Shown here piece by piece: positions 25,601 through 27,836 of a stretch of 27,836 bases of DNA (its first letter is position 1; the number at the start of each line of letters is the position of its first letter). Below the pieces are notes generated by a model. That model worked only from the letters and a program-made list of their open reading frames with translations, searched no databases and was not told where the DNA came from. The position numbers were made by a program, and so were the translations under genes. Origin of the DNA: Candidatus Kuenenbacteria bacterium (lineage in GTDB: Bacteria > Patescibacteriota > Patescibacteriia > UBA2591 > PGYQ01); contig JACQWZ010000109.1 in assembly GCA_016209005.1 (NCBI GenBank), positions 1 to 27,836 of the forward strand, read 5' to 3'.

Positions 25601-26412
25601 ATTTCAACTATTTTACGGGTATTTTCAATAGCCTCGGGAATATCTTTAAAAGAATTTATCATTTGTTCTTGGGAGCGCATTGAATAATCTTCGCCAACAA
25701 AAGTCATTCTATTTGTATCGGCCATTTTTTTTTGAGTTTGAAGGCAAATTAAAATATCTTGAGCTTCCGCATCCTCCTTATGTAAATAATGAACATCATT
25801 GGTGGCGATTAATGGAATATTTAATTTTTTTGACAGTTTTATTATTTCTTGATTGGCGATTATTTGATTTGGCAAATTTGGATGATCTTGAATTTCTAAA
25901 TAAAAACCATCTTGGCCAAATAATTCTTGATATTCTAAACAAAGTTTTTTTGTCTTTTCATAATCTTTAGCCAAAATAGCCTGTGGAATAGCGCCCTTTA
26001 AACATCCGCTTAAACAAATTAAACCTTGGCTATGTTTTTTTAATAATTCATGATCAATTCGAGGTTTATAATAAAATCCCTCTAACCAAGCTTGGGTTGT
26101 GAGTTTAATTAAATTTTTATAGCCTTGCAGATTTTTAGCCAAGAGAACGAGATGATATTGTTTGTTGTCAATATTAGGTCTTCTATTCTGCATTCCATCG
26201 GTCGCTAAATAAAATTCAACTCCAATAATTGGTTTGATTCCTTGGGCTTTCGCTTTTTGATAAAATTCCACCACGCCGTACATATTTCCATGATCAGTCA
26301 AAGCCAAAGAATCCATATTTAATTTTTTCGCCCAATCTAAAAGTTCATCGATTTTAGGCAGACCATCGAGCAGACTGTAATGGCTATGAATATGGAGATG
26401 GGAGAAGCGCAT
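22666..26412 (-). CDS. dnaE: DNA polymerase III alpha subunit with three short repeat-derived insertions
   Basis: PHP motif HLHIHSHYSLLDG, GRGSAPGS, PDIDLDF, FNKSHA and an OB fold. ATG at 26412 is preferred. Confidence 0.97.
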   Translation of the reverse strand: MRFSHLHIHSHYSLLDGLPKIDELLDWAKKLNMDSLALTDHGNMYGVVEFYQKAKAQGIKPIIGVEFYLATDGMQNRRPNIDNKQYHLVLLAKNLQGYKNLIKLTTQAWLEGFYYKPRIDHELLKKHSQGLICLSGCLKGAIPQAILAKDYEKTKKLCLEYQELFGQDGFYLEIQDHPNLPNQIIANQEIIKLSKKLNIPLIATNDVHYLHKEDAEAQDILICLQTQKKMADTNRMTFVGEDYSMRSQEQMINSFKDIPEAIENTRKIVEMCNLEIPLKEILLPHFDVPDNLDANLSSAFLQDAESHKKNLLDINSQSAKLMPDSKNALDKYLEKLCYQGLKQKFPECKEEILSRLKYELETIERTGFASYLLIVQDFVNWAKKNKIVVGPGRGSAPGSLVSYVLNITEIDPIKYNLLFERFLNPERISMPDIDLDFADDRRNEVIKYIEEKYGKNHVAQIATFGTMAARASIRDCGRVLSMEYNFCDKIAKMIIGSSIQDSIDNAPELKNLFNTDSGVKKLLEISKKLEGVARHISTHACGIVITKNSLDNYVPLQHPTQDDKTIVTQYSMNIVENLGLLKIDILGLKNLTILQKTIKLIELNHSVKIDLNQIPLDDKKTFELFKEGKTTGVFQLESSGMKRCLKQLKPNNFEDIIAMVSLYRPGPMEWIPDYIAGKHGRKKMSYLHPKLEPILKKTYGICIYQEQVMEIAKTLAGFSLAKADILRKAVGKKIHALLIEQKEKFIQGCVSNGISQKIAEEVFVFIIEPFADYGFNKSHATCYALIGYWTAYLKTHFPCEFMASLLTSDQNNIDRIAIEINECKEMKIKILSPDINESFANFTAIHQGKSSAFLRDIKSKEKNLLNIHSFPQQIIRFGLSAIKNVGDKIIEVIIEKRKEKGKFKSMEDFAQRINHKDLNKKSLESLIKCGAFDQFGERSQFLENSEEILNYNRKINKIENSDQVNLFDFLSLGTLPKLNLSAKGGYSAKDGHNTSDEKTTKPIDENQNLAWEKELLGFYVSKHPFEKIRILFKEIISPYSKLKNYNSKNNYIQTAGLITKIQKVFTRQLKELMLFVTIEDGISSLEILIFPSILKRNSEIWQENKMVLIRGKLSNKDESVKLLVDEAEEITEENIQSLIKKYKNFIPKPKSFSHEWSIPLETPRYPMEQQKNNEPVEKQKPINSICINLSSTVDQDLIQKLKNILINHPGKQQVYFNYKNNGRDQKIATNLFINYNEEIKEEIKKLLI
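23434..23476 (-). repeat. Two tandem CCGCC-N3-GGCGG REP units translated in dnaE (LSAKGGYSAKDGHN)
   Basis: Perfect TATCCGCC-ttt-GGCGGATA at 23456-23474, plus an adjacent degenerate unit. The same family is intergenic at 6664, 11020, 26685, 26755 and 27648. Confidence 0.8.
23791..23868 (-). repeat. In-frame coding repeat element, truncated DnaE copy (KSSAFLRDIKSKEKNLLNIHSFPQQI)
   Basis: 59/78 nt identical to the GT4 copy without gaps. It sits between FTAI and IRFGLSAIK. Confidence 0.85.
25419..25529 (-). repeat. In-frame coding repeat element, full DnaE copy with 13-bp terminal inverted repeats
   Basis: ATTTATCCAGCGC (25419-25431) / GCGCTGGATAAAT (25517-25529). It encodes LSSAFLQDAESHKKNLLDINSQSAKLMPDSKNALDK. 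Confidence 0.88.
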
Positions 26413-26555
26413 AAAATCAATTAACAATTAACAATTAACAATCAATAATTAACAATGAATAATAAAATCAATTAACAATTAACAATCAACAATTAACAAT
26501 GAATAATAAAATCAATTAACAATTAACAATCAACAATTAACAATGAATAATAAAA
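26411..26555. repeat. Higher-order tandem repeat (51, 44 and 44 bp) built of AACAATT heptamers, abutting the dnaE start codon
   Basis: Unit ATAAAATCAATTAACAATTAACAATCAACAATTAACAATGAATA. The first unit has one extra heptamer. Confidence 0.9.
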
Positions 26556-26684
26556 AATAAATAGTTTTTAATGATAAATTTCCAATGTCAAAAAATGTCA
26601 AAAGTTAAAACTCAAATCTCAAAACCACAACTTAAAACTCAAAACTTAATCTACTATCTAACAAATTAAAGTACCAAATTCCAA

Positions 26685-26772
26685 TCCGCCAGCTGGCGGA
26701 CACAAATTCAAAGTTTAAATTCAAAACGTTTTGGATTTTAGATTTTGTGCTTTGATCCGCCAGCTGGCGGAT
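26685..26772. repeat. Two perfect TCCGCCAGCTGGCGGA palindromes
   Basis: Located at 26685-26700 and 26755-26772. Related copies at 6664-6682, 11020-11035 and 27648-27662. Confidence 0.9.
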
Positions 26773-26931
26773 TGTTATTTGTAATTTTAGATTTTGAATT
26801 TTTAAAATTTAGATTTGACATTTATGTTGTGGTTTTGAGTTTTGACATTTGAGTTTTGAGATTAAGGAAATATTTATTTGAAAATTGAGTCATTAAAAAT
26901 TGATTGAAAATTGAAAATTGAAAATTTTGAT

Positions 26932-27279
26932 TTACTTTTTAATTACTTTTATTTTAACTTCTTCATTGTTGTCTGTTAATTGTTGATTGTTAATTGATTT
27001 ATTTTCTTCTTTTTCTCTTTTTTCTTTAATGTGGTCAATGAGAGCGGAAATGCCGTGAGAAAATAATGTTAAAAAAGCGGCCATAGAAGATACTTTACTT
27101 TTTAAAGCTTCGATTAATTCTCCAAAGGCCTCAACTTTTTGATTGACATTTTTCGTGATTTTATAAGTATTGCGAAGCATCACCACTAAATAATACAATC
27201 CCCAACAAAGAAGAATTGTTATCCATAAAACGCAAAAAGCAAGAACAATAAATAATAAATCCTGACTTGTTTGAAGCAT
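26932..27279 (-). CDS. Small membrane protein (TM helix plus coiled-coil-like segment)
   Basis: MLQTSQDLLFIVLAFCVLWITILLCWGLYYLVVML. The longer track start only translates (TTTTGCA)n heptamers. Confidence 0.75.
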   Translation of the reverse strand: MLQTSQDLLFIVLAFCVLWITILLCWGLYYLVVMLRNTYKITKNVNQKVEAFGELIEALKSKVSSMAAFLTLFSHGISALIDHIKEKREKEENKSINNQQLTDNNEEVKIKVIKK

Positions 27280-27836
27280 AAAATGAAAAAATGCAAAAAT
27301 CAAAATGCAAAATGCAAAATGACAATGCAAAAATAAAAAAATAAAAAAATAAAATTATTAGGCAAAATTTTCAATAGTTCGACTTCGCTCACCACAAGCT
27401 TTCAATTATCAATTTTCATTAAATTTTCAATTTTCCAATTTTTAAAACAATAATTTTTTAAAGAAATTTATTTAGAAGCTTTATTATTTGATAATTATTT
27501 AAAAATTTTGTTATTGAAAATTCATTAGAAATTAGAAATTAAAAATTAGAAATTGCAAAAATTTTCTTAAATTTTTGTTTATTCTATTCTATCTCTTTTT
27601 TAAAAAAAATAAAGAGACTAAATTTTTTTAAAAAAATTTTCAATTTTTCCGCCAGAGGCGGATCAGTCTTTGACTGACAAATTTTTATTCACAAAAAAAA
27701 CCGTGTCAAGCAATTAAGGAATGTTGCCGAACTTTCATCGGCTCTGCAACTAAAAATGTTGCCAAAGGAGCAGATGATTTTTTAAAAATTTCGACCTTTT
27801 TTTGTGATACAATTGTTATATGCGATTGTTTTTTAC

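Noticed and set aside
1936-25970. Short antisense or overlapping track ORFs (1936-2160, 3625-3885, 9436-9675, 15796-16098, 18114-18302, 18903-19142, 20470-20832, 20861-21073, 23066-23257, 25469-25687, 25680-25970)
   Set aside because: They lie opposite well-supported genes or translate tandem repeats, with no recognisable motifs. They are shadow ORFs.
22666-26412. Intein in DnaE
   Set aside because: The classical FA(E/D)Y-x-FNKSH site is uninterrupted. The inserts are under 40 aa and lack intein terminal motifs (C/S start, HN end).
26412-27330. Extended N-termini in the ORF track (dnaE from 26427, 27330 ORF, abiEi from 22463, mntA from 11814)
   Set aside because: The extensions translate heptamer arrays or start at TTG upstream of a better-placed ATG.
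8378-27693. DnaA boxes (8378-8386, 9268-9276, 27685-27693) as an origin of replication
   Set aside because: They are single, widely scattered 9-mers with no cluster and no dnaA/dnaN context.
27650-27780. Lysine or SAM-I riboswitch call for the right-end structured segment
   Set aside because: Only short motifs (AGAGGC, TGCCGAA, GATGAA) resemble them. The required helices and spacing are missing, so it is kept only as an unnamed candidate.

Overview
A very AT-rich bacterial chromosome segment in genetic code 11 (TGA acts as a stop). Gene content and style suggest Patescibacteria/CPR (Parcubacteria-like), which is an inference. Housekeeping genes (5'-truncated argS, porA, tRNA-Leu(CAA), rfbB, a GT4 glycosyltransferase, smpB, rpmI, infC, mutM, dnaE) alternate with accessory genes: three toxin-antitoxin modules (MntA-HepT, HicBA, AbiEi/AbiEii), a nonsense-broken ParA-like ATPase, a RhuM-family gene, a peptidase S51 gene and an AlkD remnant. 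The most unusual feature is a layered set of non-autonomous repeats with no transposase in the window. (1) A 116-bp MITE occurs in five near-identical copies, each with 13-bp terminal inverted repeats and a 5-bp target duplication; one copy knocks out rhuM. (2) A ~105-nt element with TCCAGCGC...GCGCTGGA ends is inserted in frame, in the same reading frame, twice in DnaE and once in the glycosyltransferase, giving a shared SSAFLQD-type peptide. (3) REP-like palindromes are also translated inside ArgS, DnaE and a TPR membrane protein. (4) Heptamer arrays are widespread, including an (AAAGCTA)n tract ending 5-7 nt before six start codons and a tRNA. All alignments and counts were done by eye; no database searches were run.
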